IMG/VR virus record: IMGVR_UViG_3300008259_002461
Strand: one strand, 5' to 3'
From: a virus
Lineage: Duplodnaviria > Caudoviricetes
DNA: 64,000 nt
The notes under the pieces were generated by a model. That model searched no databases, was not told the origin of the DNA, and worked only from the letters and a program-made list of their open reading frames with translations. Position numbers and translations under genes: made by a program. Position 1 is the first letter of the stretch. Each line of letters opens with the position of its first letter. Positions 41,135 through 50,409 of the stretch are shown here, piece by piece.

Positions 41135-41812
41135 ATGCAGTGGACACCTTATTTAAAACTTAATGAAGAAGGTATTTCTAGTATGGCTCAGCAAACCTAT
41201 GAGCCATTAATAAGTAGTGACGGAAAAATTTTCTGCAAAAACTACAGTTGGCCAAATAACTATCAGTTCATGTATGAAAAAGAAAGACCGCTTTATACCA
41301 AAGAAGTCGTAGATTGGTTTTTTTCTAATGAATTATATTGGATAGAATATTTTAAAGATAGTGCATATGCACCTGAAGTAACTGATATTGATTTAATCAA
41401 TAAGAAAATATACATTAAGTGGTACGGCGAAAGCTGTAATCAAATTATATACAGCGGAAAATTTTGGCCACAGCAAGAATGGCGTAAACAAATAAAAGAT
41501 ATAATTATTGATCAATATTCTAAAGGAGTTTATAAATTAACAATGTATCCTCATTGTCATTATATTGATAATAACAACAATATGAGAGCAATAGATTGGT
41601 ATGGATGTGTACCGGTCAATGAACCTTATATACAGGAAAAATTTATGCAAGGTATTATACACGAAACTGCAAAATTTAGATTAGATGAAACTGGATCTTC
41701 AATTAATAATTTATTAAATTTAGAAACTATGTTCAAACGTAGTTTAAACACACATGTAATGTGGGGTAATCAAAATATGAATTACATTTACAAGGAGATT
41801 TTTAATGCCTAA
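41135..41812 (+). CDS. Protein-kinase-like fold protein, degenerate (paralogue of 45520)
   Basis: IFCK, NE, APEV, GVYKLTMYP (catalytic-loop position), AIDW (DFG position). Confidence 0.45.
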   Translation: MQWTPYLKLNEEGISSMAQQTYEPLISSDGKIFCKNYSWPNNYQFMYEKERPLYTKEVVDWFFSNELYWIEYFKDSAYAPEVTDIDLINKKIYIKWYGESCNQIIYSGKFWPQQEWRKQIKDIIIDQYSKGVYKLTMYPHCHYIDNNNNMRAIDWYGCVPVNEPYIQEKFMQGIIHETAKFRLDETGSSINNLLNLETMFKRSLNTHVMWGNQNMNYIYKEIFNA

Positions 41813-42380
41813 AAGAGTAGGAACAACACAGGGCTTAATTGACTGGGATAAAGTTGTTGCTGATATTCAACATCATGTTGGTGATCATAATACTGTTACT
41901 AGTGTAGTGGATCGCAGCGAAGCAGAAGCAGTAGACGACCAAGAATTACTAAGCTCTTATAGAGAAGTAATTGGTACTTGGGAAAAAGCTGGTTACGATT
42001 TAAAACAAATAGAATGGTGGGACTATTATCCAGGGCAACACTTTGATATAGAAGTACAACAGGTGTTTGAACGTATGTTTAATATAAAACCTCGACGAGT
42101 GTTTATAAGCAAAGTAATGCCAGGTAACATGGTTCCTTATCACTGGGACGTCGAGGATCATGAAAAGGAATGGTTAAAAGAAGGTACATTAGTGCGCTAC
42201 GTTTGTTTTATAGACCCTCCAAAATTTGGTCACGTAATGATTTTAGAAGACAAGGCCTTTCATAATATTAAACGTGGAGAAATATATCAGTGGGATAATT
42301 ATCGATCCCATCACGCAGGTGTTAATGGCGGCGAAGGACCGCAATATCTATTTCATTTTTTAGGATCGTTAAATGATTAA
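41805..42380 (+). CDS. Fe(II)/2OG oxygenase, AspH-like
   Basis: MPGNMVPYHWD...HHAGVNGG...YLFHF. Confidence 0.7.
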   Translation: MPKRVGTTQGLIDWDKVVADIQHHVGDHNTVTSVVDRSEAEAVDDQELLSSYREVIGTWEKAGYDLKQIEWWDYYPGQHFDIEVQQVFERMFNIKPRRVFISKVMPGNMVPYHWDVEDHEKEWLKEGTLVRYVCFIDPPKFGHVMILEDKAFHNIKRGEIYQWDNYRSHHAGVNGGEGPQYLFHFLGSLND

Positions 42381-42933
42381 ATTTTTAGGTAACTCTAGCG
42401 ATATAATTAACTGGGACGAAGTTATAGCCGGACTAGAAAAATGTGGTCACGAAAGTCATCCAGGCCCGTTTACTGGGCCAAGTCACAAAGAAGGTGATGA
42501 TATTCCTAAGTTAAATGAAGTTATTGAGTTATGGAAGCAAAATGGATACAAAGCCGTAGAAGAAGGTGGTACTGTGCAATGGGATATGTTTTTTCCCGGT
42601 GTACACTTTGATCAGAGTGTAGTAGATGCATTTTGTAAAAAGTATAGTATTGAAAAGTATGACTCTGCGTGGATTAGTCGAGTGTGGCCAGGCCGCTTTG
42701 CCCCAATACACTGGGACGTAAACGACAACGAGGAATACTACCTGTCTATTCCAGATAGATTAAGATGGCATGCTCATATTAGCAAGCCAGCATTTGGTCA
42801 TGTATTTGTAGTAGATGATGAAATACTGTATAGTAAAGAACAAGGTGACGTATTTCAGTGGGATAGTCGAAGGTTATGGCACTCGGGTATGAACTGCGGC
42901 TTAGTACCAAAATATTTATTTAACATATGGTGA
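42373..42933 (+). CDS. Fe(II)/2OG oxygenase, AspH-like
   Basis: WPGRFAPIHWD...WHSGMNCG..PKYLF; paralogue of 41805. Confidence 0.7.
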   Translation: MIKFLGNSSDIINWDEVIAGLEKCGHESHPGPFTGPSHKEGDDIPKLNEVIELWKQNGYKAVEEGGTVQWDMFFPGVHFDQSVVDAFCKKYSIEKYDSAWISRVWPGRFAPIHWDVNDNEEYYLSIPDRLRWHAHISKPAFGHVFVVDDEILYSKEQGDVFQWDSRRLWHSGMNCGLVPKYLFNIW

Positions 42934-42937
42934 TAAA

Positions 42938-43969
42938 ATGGAAAAAGGTATAGTTACATGGTTTAATGATGCTAAAGGCTTTGGATTTGTTAGAACAGAT
43001 CAAGGTGACGAAATAATCTGTGACAAGCGACACTTAATTACAGAACCAAAGACTATGAAGGAACTACAACAAATTTCTTTTGAGCGTGTAACTGTAAATG
43101 GCAGAGATCACGCAACTGTTATTTCTGTTATACGTGATGATGCTATAGCTAAACCCATTCTTACTATGAAAAACTGCAAAGTATATTCTATGATGCCGTT
43201 CATAGCTGTATTTGAAGATGTAGTATCTATTGATATGTGTAACGAAATAATAAACAAACATGTCTTAGATGGTATGAATCCTAATAGTGGCGGTCAATCA
43301 AGACAAGAAAGCTACACTCAAGTAACTGAAGATGTTGAAAATCGAGGAATTAGCCTAGGTATGGATCCGCATCATTACAACATTATTGCTAGAACTATCG
43401 TAGATAACATTGGTATACCTTATTCGTATATAGAAGCGATCGACATATACAATTATGAAGTAGGACAGTTCTTAGATCTACATCACGATTACCCTTATGA
43501 TCCTACGCAGATTAATTATTACAGTCACGGTGGTGATAGAGTTGGTACAGGTATTTTATATTTAAACGATAACTTTGACGGCGGCATTACTAGTTTCCCT
43601 AAATTAGATGTACACATTAAACCAAAAACTGGTTCAATGTTATATTTTAAACAAGGATACGAGGACGAAGCTATAAATTGGTCAACAATTCATGAAAGTA
43701 CACTAATAACCAAAGGTACTAAATGGGTAGCTAGTTGTTTTTTTAGTGCTAGTGAACGAATTGGATTTACTGACAGAGAAGATTTTGTTCCTCAGGAAAA
43801 TCCTCAACTACGTAACGAATTTTATGTTAAGAAGTTTATGGACATACAAAGGGGTAATATTCAACTTTATAGAAAATTAAAAAATCTTGAAACCAGTCCA
43901 TTAAGAACAAAAGTTGAAGAAGTGTTAGGTATAGACTTTTTTAAAAATATAGATGATTTAGTTAAATGA
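42938..43969 (+). CDS. Cold-shock domain fused to a prolyl-4-hydroxylase-like 2OG-Fe(II) dioxygenase
   Basis: GIVTWFNDAKGFGFV (CSD RNP1); YEVGQFLDLHHD...LYLNDNFDGG.T.FP...IHES...KGTKW (P4Hc). Confidence 0.85.
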   Translation: MEKGIVTWFNDAKGFGFVRTDQGDEIICDKRHLITEPKTMKELQQISFERVTVNGRDHATVISVIRDDAIAKPILTMKNCKVYSMMPFIAVFEDVVSIDMCNEIINKHVLDGMNPNSGGQSRQESYTQVTEDVENRGISLGMDPHHYNIIARTIVDNIGIPYSYIEAIDIYNYEVGQFLDLHHDYPYDPTQINYYSHGGDRVGTGILYLNDNFDGGITSFPKLDVHIKPKTGSMLYFKQGYEDEAINWSTIHESTLITKGTKWVASCFFSASERIGFTDREDFVPQENPQLRNEFYVKKFMDIQRGNIQLYRKLKNLETSPLRTKVEEVLGIDFFKNIDDLVK

Positions 43970-44406
43970 AAGTCGGTATTACTGGAACTACTCGCGGACT
44001 TGGCCAAGCACTACACGACCATTTTGTTAACAAAGGTCATCATGTTATAGCCTTTAATAGAGGATCAGACATTGGTGACGCAGTTGGTTGTGACTTGCTT
44101 ATTAATAACGCCTATGGTATACAAATGGATATACTTAATCAGTTGTACACAAGTGTTGGCAAAATGGTTGTTATGGGCAGTATAGTTACAGACTTTCCTG
44201 ATGTAGAAATGCCAGACTATACACAGCAAAAAACAAAATTAGAAGAACGTGTACTAGATCTTAAAAGTCCGAACGTAGTTCTATTAAAACTATCTAGTAC
44301 TGCCTACAACGATTCGCAAATCGTAATCAATGCTATTGAGTATTGGCTGGCAAATCCATTAGTTAATGTTATATCGTTCAGAGCAACCGGAGGTCCTAAT
44401 AGATGA
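43966..44406 (+). CDS. Short, truncated SDR-family oxidoreductase
   Basis: ITGTTRGLG, LINNA, YTQQK; only 146 aa. Confidence 0.7.
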   Translation: MKVGITGTTRGLGQALHDHFVNKGHHVIAFNRGSDIGDAVGCDLLINNAYGIQMDILNQLYTSVGKMVVMGSIVTDFPDVEMPDYTQQKTKLEERVLDLKSPNVVLLKLSSTAYNDSQIVINAIEYWLANPLVNVISFRATGGPNR

Positions 44407-45002
44407 CAAAGAAAATAATTATAACAGGCCATACACATGGTATAGGTAAAGCAATATATGATAAGTTTACAGAAATAAGTTGCCACGAGATTATAGGAAT
44501 GAGTCGTAGCAACGGTTACGATATTGATAAAGACTTTGACAAGATAGTTGCTGAAGCGGAAGGATGTGAGTTGTTTATCAATAATGCTTACCGTGATCAG
44601 CAACAGACTAAACTAGTTAATGCTCTTAAAGACAAAGTAGATATGATGGTAGTTATGGGAAGTGTTAGTAGATTCTACCCTGAACTTATACCTACGCAAT
44701 ATGTACATGATAAACAAGAACTAGCAGAAACTTGTAGACTAATAAGTTTGAATCCAGATGGTATTCCTTTATTACATTTAGACTTAGGATTTTTAGAAGG
44801 TACAGCAGTAGATAATGCTGACCCAACTGCGTTTGTTAGCGACTACAATACTAAATTAGACGATATTGTTGATACAATTATATTCTGGGCGCAAAAGCCT
44901 AGCATTAGGCAAATTGAATTTAGATGGAAATTAACTCCACATGTATTAGCAGAATTAAATCGTATCAATCCTAACCTAGATCCATCTAGGATACAGTTCT
45001 AA
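44403..45002 (+). CDS. SDR-family oxidoreductase
   Basis: ITGHTHGIG, FINNA, YVHDK; 199 aa. Confidence 0.75.
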   Translation: MTKKIIITGHTHGIGKAIYDKFTEISCHEIIGMSRSNGYDIDKDFDKIVAEAEGCELFINNAYRDQQQTKLVNALKDKVDMMVVMGSVSRFYPELIPTQYVHDKQELAETCRLISLNPDGIPLLHLDLGFLEGTAVDNADPTAFVSDYNTKLDDIVDTIIFWAQKPSIRQIEFRWKLTPHVLAELNRINPNLDPSRIQF

Positions 45003-45527
45003 ATTAGCAAGAAATCGATCTGGATATATTCGCCAGACAGTTTGATCAGTATTGCGATAATTCATTTCGCACACACGTTCTACAATCCCTAGTTTAGCAA
45101 GTGTAGGAAAATAATGTCTATGTACTAGACGTTGACTTGCTACAACACTTTCATTGCTTGTAGCATACAAATCCCCCTTTGCCCAGTTAATACATGCAGG
45201 GAGTAAAAACTGATCTGTTAAGTTTTGATGTTCAGCAATTAATTTCTTAGCTGTAATCAATCCAGTGTTTAAATTAGCCTCAGCAAGTGTACAGGTACGT
45301 GCTAGTACACGATAAGCGTTAGGCCCCATGATATTAAAACTATGTGCAGCTACACTTCCAATAGCACGATCATTTTGATATAGAATCCATGCTGCCCACT
45401 CTGGTTCATTTTGAAAACAGTCAATCATTACTTTTTGATTACTATTGTTTTCAAACCCCCTACGTTTTGCATTAGAATAGAATTCGGTTAAGTCTAATTC
45501 TTCTGACCATGGAACAATTTTAAACAT
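44976..45527 (-). CDS. GNAT-like acyltransferase (weak)
   Basis: Start refined to ATG 45527 (MFKIVPW); WILYQNDRAIGSVAAH...RVLARTC resembles GNAT beta strands. Confidence 0.4.
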   Translation of the reverse strand: MFKIVPWSEELDLTEFYSNAKRRGFENNSNQKVMIDCFQNEPEWAAWILYQNDRAIGSVAAHSFNIMGPNAYRVLARTCTLAEANLNTGLITAKKLIAEHQNLTDQFLLPACINWAKGDLYATSNESVVASQRLVHRHYFPTLAKLGIVERVCEMNYRNTDQTVWRIYPDRFLANLELYPRWI

Positions 45528-46215
45528 ATAATTTTTTACATTCATCCATAAAGTCTGAAGGAAAATTTGTTTTAAAACTTTCAAATGCTAGTAACTGTAT
45601 ATCTTTAAAAGGAGTTGGCATATTTACGTCTATACCCGCAGCAGTCATTTTAGGTAGCAAGTCCTTTTGTCTATCTTCGCTGATGTGACTCATCACACTA
45701 CGTAAACTAATTTGCTGATCAAGGTCTCGATAACAGAAAAAATAATTGATACTTTTAAGCTGACCGTTAACAACAAAATAACTACTGGGATGTAAACTAT
45801 ATTTGTATATTCCTAATGACGTATGCGCCTTAAATATTTCCAACATTTGTTCACGCCAATTGGGTAGTACACTATCATAGTCTTGTTTAATAGGATCAGC
45901 TTGTTGCCAAAAATCAACACCGTCTATTTCAAGATAGAGTTTTCTTTTTTCTAAATCTATATTAATAATCTTAGGAACTAGATGCGGAAATGTATTACGC
46001 ATTTGAGTAATGTAGTTTACTTCACGTAACCATTTTTCCTCCATTAAGTCAGGATCAACAATTTGATTTTGTCCTCGATGATAATCAGTATCATTATGGT
46101 ACCATTGACAAAATGTTTTACGATCCTTACTTATAAGACTTGTATAAATTAAATTATTACGACATAATCCTTTACCAGGTACGTCATTATAATAGTATTC
46201 AAAATTAGTGGACAA
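45520..46215 (-). CDS. Protein-kinase-like fold protein, degenerate (paralogue of 41135)
   Basis: TTG start; LISKDRKTFC, LREV, VPKIINIDL, GIYKYSLHP, SINY align with 41135. Confidence 0.45.
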   Translation of the reverse strand: MSTNFEYYYNDVPGKGLCRNNLIYTSLISKDRKTFCQWYHNDTDYHRGQNQIVDPDLMEEKWLREVNYITQMRNTFPHLVPKIINIDLEKRKLYLEIDGVDFWQQADPIKQDYDSVLPNWREQMLEIFKAHTSLGIYKYSLHPSSYFVVNGQLKSINYFFCYRDLDQQISLRSVMSHISEDRQKDLLPKMTAAGIDVNMPTPFKDIQLLAFESFKTNFPSDFMDECKKLYV

Positions 46216-47176
46216 AGTTAATCACCTTATTTTTTGGTGTTTCAATTATATTGTACTTGTGCTTGTGTTCTTCTTTGATTAAATGTATTGTTTGATCATT
46301 ATATGAAAATATAAAATTTCCGTCAGCAAAATTTTGTTCTATTCTAAAATTATTGTTGGCATTTACAATTAATGGATATTGTGCAAAAGTTCCCCAGTTG
46401 TCACAAATGTCTGTATAAAGTTTATGTTCTTTGTACTTGATTCCAGTTCTAAATATTAACAAATAATTAGTTCCTGTTTCTAATTCAATGTTCCAATCAA
46501 TACCTTCTTGTGTAACAGGTTCGTTAATATTAATATTATACATTTTTGTAGGTAAACTGTTTGATATTTCGCAAACATCTAATACTTGATGTATATTATT
46601 GATAGTTATACCATGAAGACCATCTTTAAGTTGTACTTCTGATTTATTTAATATTTTGTTTACTACTGCACTAAATTTTTCAGTAATTTCTAAACCGGGA
46701 TTACAAACTTCTTTATCGTCATTGATTAATCTTTTTGCATAATTATTGCTAATTGGAACTGCATATACTTCTAAAAAATAAATGTTCGGTAAAATTTCTG
46801 GAAGCGCACCACCTACTGCCTTAAGCATAGACTCTCCAAACAGAGTGTGATTAATTGTTTCAGTAAAAATGTAATCTATATTTTTGTGGTTGTGTATTTT
46901 ATCTGGTCTAAACTGTTGGCCTATAAGTTCAATTTTATTTTGTAAACCTAAATTTTGAATAATCTCAAGTCCTAGTTGATAAGTTTCTAAATCTTCTTCG
47001 TAAGCAACAATATGATTAGCACCCGCTTCAAGTGCAAGGATAGATAATATACCAGATCCAAAACCTATTTCTAAACAGTTTTTATTTTTTGTATCTTTTA
47101 GAATCTTTTTATAAAAACTATTTCGAACAACGTCATTTATCATTGTCATGCCGTACTTGAGATGTTTATATACCAT
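46205..47176 (-). CDS. SAM-dependent methyltransferase, PRMT-like
   Basis: MINDVVRNSFY, CLEIGFGSGILS..A.EAGA.HIVAYE, TETINHTLFGE (double-E-loop-like). Confidence 0.75.
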   Translation of the reverse strand: MVYKHLKYGMTMINDVVRNSFYKKILKDTKNKNCLEIGFGSGILSILALEAGANHIVAYEEDLETYQLGLEIIQNLGLQNKIELIGQQFRPDKIHNHKNIDYIFTETINHTLFGESMLKAVGGALPEILPNIYFLEVYAVPISNNYAKRLINDDKEVCNPGLEITEKFSAVVNKILNKSEVQLKDGLHGITINNIHQVLDVCEISNSLPTKMYNININEPVTQEGIDWNIELETGTNYLLIFRTGIKYKEHKLYTDICDNWGTFAQYPLIVNANNNFRIEQNFADGNFIFSYNDQTIHLIKEEHKHKYNIIETPKNKVINFVH

Positions 47177-47209
47177 GTGTCAGTTTCTCGATTGTATATA
47201 TAATTACCA

Positions 47210-47217
47210 GATAAATA
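47210..47217 (+). promoter_or_regulatory. T4-late-like motif GATAAATA
   Basis: In a divergent gap, ends 4 nt before ATG 47222. Confidence 0.5.
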
Positions 47218-47221
47218 TTTT

Positions 47222-48037
47222 ATGATTAAAGGAATTGGCGGTAAGCCTTATATAAACTTAGATCCATTTTTAGATATTGATGGATTTAAAAATCTACATC
47301 CAGAAATATGTAAAGGGTTTGCCCTAGCTAGAGATTATGCCAAGGAAGGCACTTGGATGAAACCAGGGTTTGATTGGAAAGATGCTAGTTACATAGTTAA
47401 TTGGAAACCAATTTATAAAGCAGTAGAAGAATATCTAGCTTTACCCAAGGAGCATCCTATTCGTGTACACGGCGATCCTATGTATTTTACAGACTTGAGT
47501 GATTTTAAAAATCGTAACTTATTCACACGTTATCTTAAAATGGCCATGGGTGCGAGTGATCCTTATATTTACTACTTTCTGTGGGAACAAGGTGATTGGA
47601 ACGACCGTAGCGCAGAACGCAAACCTACAGAAGAAAGCAAATACTTTCCTGGTGTAGTAACGTGGGTAAACAATCTAGTAGAACAAAACATTATTAGCCA
47701 AATTGGTCGAGTTATATTCTTTCACTGTGATCATAATGGACTAGGGTTTGAGCACAGAGACTTAGATGCTAACAATGGTGTATTAGAAAAGAACTCCTAC
47801 ACTGACCACCGCAACGAATTTATACACATACGTTTTAGAACCAAGCGTGGATTTTATATTTGGGATCCGGATACTGAGAACAAACACTATATCAATAGCA
47901 ATGCCGGCTTCTGGAATGACGAAGACTGGCATGGCGGCGACAGTATAGGCGAACAGGATTATGCTTTACGTGTAGATTGTAAATTTACAGAAGAGTTTCG
48001 CAAGGCTCTTAAGATAGATTATTTGGAAAATTATTAA
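47222..48037 (+). CDS. Putative Fe(II)/2OG oxygenase-like protein
   Basis: EHRDLD...WHGGD...ALRVD. Confidence 0.55.
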   Translation: MIKGIGGKPYINLDPFLDIDGFKNLHPEICKGFALARDYAKEGTWMKPGFDWKDASYIVNWKPIYKAVEEYLALPKEHPIRVHGDPMYFTDLSDFKNRNLFTRYLKMAMGASDPYIYYFLWEQGDWNDRSAERKPTEESKYFPGVVTWVNNLVEQNIISQIGRVIFFHCDHNGLGFEHRDLDANNGVLEKNSYTDHRNEFIHIRFRTKRGFYIWDPDTENKHYINSNAGFWNDEDWHGGDSIGEQDYALRVDCKFTEEFRKALKIDYLENY

Positions 48038-48771
48038 TGAAAATAGGTTTTTTTGGCGACAGCTTTTGTGCAGAAATGAATAATACTTATACTTGGAAAA
48101 ACAAGTATGATACTTATATCAACAAATTGCAGGATCATTACAAAGCAAAAATAGTAAATTTAGGATATGGGGGTAGTAGCTATTGGGATCTAATACTGTA
48201 TCAATTTCCAAAGTTTATTAATAACTTACCTGATGTATGCATATTTGTATGGACTTCGCCTGGACGAATTTATCATCCTGAGTGTCGAAACATTACTTCT
48301 TGGGTTTTAGATATAGATAATGTGCCTATTTCAGAATTTCATTATACTAGACTTTTATATAAGAAAAAATATAAAGTTGCAGCTGAATTTTATAAAGAGC
48401 TCTATAATGAGGAAAAAGAAAAGCGAGAAAGATTAGCAGCCTTATATCATTACGATAGAGAAGTATTACTTCCCTTAATGGAAAAAACTAAAATAATTCA
48501 TCTATGGAGTTTTGGTAACTTTAAAACTTGGCACGACCCTAACACACGTTATAGTGCAAACAACATGTATTATGATTATAGATTTTTAAGTGGCACAGAG
48601 TGTAGACCAGCTTTAGAAAATTTTTCTAAGTATAATAAAGATGTTGATTATAATACAGATACAGTTTCAAATCATTTATTTGGTAATGAAATTAATGATC
48701 TTGTAAAAAACATGTTAGTAGAAGCAATTGACAATCATGGTAACGGAAAAGTTTTAGATTTTAATTTATGA
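48037..48771 (+). CDS. SGNH/GDSL-like protein (paralogue of 36358)
   Basis: GFFGDSFC, NLGYGGSS, PDVCIFVWT, SNHL. Confidence 0.6.
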   Translation: MKIGFFGDSFCAEMNNTYTWKNKYDTYINKLQDHYKAKIVNLGYGGSSYWDLILYQFPKFINNLPDVCIFVWTSPGRIYHPECRNITSWVLDIDNVPISEFHYTRLLYKKKYKVAAEFYKELYNEEKEKRERLAALYHYDREVLLPLMEKTKIIHLWSFGNFKTWHDPNTRYSANNMYYDYRFLSGTECRPALENFSKYNKDVDYNTDTVSNHLFGNEINDLVKNMLVEAIDNHGNGKVLDFNL

Positions 48772-49265
48772 AATATATAGGAAATTATAGTTCTTGGATA
48801 AATGACAATTGGATTTCTAAAATATTAGAAACTCCAGGACAAGCCCGCCCCAGAGATTGGCCGCCAAATTCTAAAATTGAACAAGAAGAATATCAGCGAT
48901 ATGCAACTTCTGGATACGATCTAAACGCAGTTAATTGGTGGATTTACGAAAGTAAAGATCTAGATATAATAATTTCCCCGCCTTGGACCAATGGAAAAAT
49001 TCATTGGTGGATTACTAAATTAACCCCAGGACAATTCATGCCAATGCACACTGATCCTCATACACACGATGTTAGCTGTTTGCGATATTGGGTTCCGTTA
49101 CAGGACTATCATCCTGGGCATATATTTGTATACAAAGATGAAATGATCACTAATTATAAAAAAGGTGATGTATATGTTTACACTAGTTCTACAGATTTAC
49201 ATGGCGCTGCTAACATAGGCCAGATACCTAGACTTGTTTTACAAATTACAGAATATGACATCTAA
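48768..49265 (+). CDS. Fe(II)/2OG oxygenase, AspH-like
   Basis: TPGQFMPMHTD...LHGAANIG..PRLVLQ. Confidence 0.7.
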   Translation: MKYIGNYSSWINDNWISKILETPGQARPRDWPPNSKIEQEEYQRYATSGYDLNAVNWWIYESKDLDIIISPPWTNGKIHWWITKLTPGQFMPMHTDPHTHDVSCLRYWVPLQDYHPGHIFVYKDEMITNYKKGDVYVYTSSTDLHGAANIGQIPRLVLQITEYDI

Positions 49266-50409
49266 GACATATTGCGTATATCCTTTTATAAGTTCTAGTC
49301 TGCAAGCAGATAACACAGTTTTGCCTTGCGGACAGTTTATGAAATCTACTCTATTTCAAAACATTATTCCAATAAATGAAGTAAGACACGGCCCTGTAAT
49401 GCAAGAAATGCGTAGAAAAATGTTAAACGGCGAACGAGTAGAAGGATGTCAATGCTATGCTGAAGAAGATGTAGGTATTCCGTCAATGCGCCAAAGCGGA
49501 CTTAACAAATATGAATTTACTACTGACACTACAATAAAAAAATTAGAATTAGTCATGGATAACATCTGTAACATAAAATGCAGAAGTTGTGGTTCACCTA
49601 ATAGTCATACTTGGCACGAAGATGAAATAAAAATTTACGGAGAATCTTTTTCTAAGAAAAAATATATTAAAAATACTTTATACAAAGATCTTGAGTTAGA
49701 TAGCTTAATTGAAATAGAAGTTCTTGGTGGTGAGCCAATGTACAGTCCGGGAACTAGAGATTTTTTTAAATTATTAAAAGACAAGGACATTTTAAAAAAT
49801 CTTTCTATACAACTAAGCACAAACGGAACTATAGAACCAACTGACTCTGTATTAGACAGTTTATTAAGTTGTAAAGAATTAAGTTTAAATATTAGTATAG
49901 ACGGATTTGGTCATTATAATGATTATATTAGAAGCGGCTCCGATTGGAATGCAATTGAACAGAATTTAAAATTTTATGATAACTTAATTGATTTAAGAAA
50001 AGATAAAAAAACATCAATGAACGTGCATACGGCAGTAAGCATTTATAATGTAAACCAACTCGACTTGTTAGACAACTACGTTAAAGAACACTTCCCTAGA
50101 TTTTCTAAAACATTTCAACTAGTACAATATCCAGTATTTTTGTCTATTAAAAACACTCCATTAGAATATAAAGAACTAGTCTCTAAATACATTAATAACG
50201 ATAGTATTACTGAATATCTCAACTCAGAAGGAAATGATCATTTCCAACATTTTATAAACTATTCTCAACAGCTTGATGAAATTAGATCGGAAGATATGGC
50301 AGAATTTAATCCGCTGTTAAAACAATATATTGAAAAGTATACTTCTAAGGTAACTAGAGCAGAAAGTAAAGTTTTTTTAATAAAAGAATTTAAAAAACTA
50401 CAAAATTAA
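49255..50409 (+). CDS. Radical SAM enzyme with degenerate N-terminal twitch domain (#12)
   Basis: Start refined to ATG 49255; YCVYPF...PCG...CQC, CNIKCRSC, LGGEP, STNG. Confidence 0.9.
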   Translation: MTSKTYCVYPFISSSLQADNTVLPCGQFMKSTLFQNIIPINEVRHGPVMQEMRRKMLNGERVEGCQCYAEEDVGIPSMRQSGLNKYEFTTDTTIKKLELVMDNICNIKCRSCGSPNSHTWHEDEIKIYGESFSKKKYIKNTLYKDLELDSLIEIEVLGGEPMYSPGTRDFFKLLKDKDILKNLSIQLSTNGTIEPTDSVLDSLLSCKELSLNISIDGFGHYNDYIRSGSDWNAIEQNLKFYDNLIDLRKDKKTSMNVHTAVSIYNVNQLDLLDNYVKEHFPRFSKTFQLVQYPVFLSIKNTPLEYKELVSKYINNDSITEYLNSEGNDHFQHFINYSQQLDEIRSEDMAEFNPLLKQYIEKYTSKVTRAESKVFLIKEFKKLQN

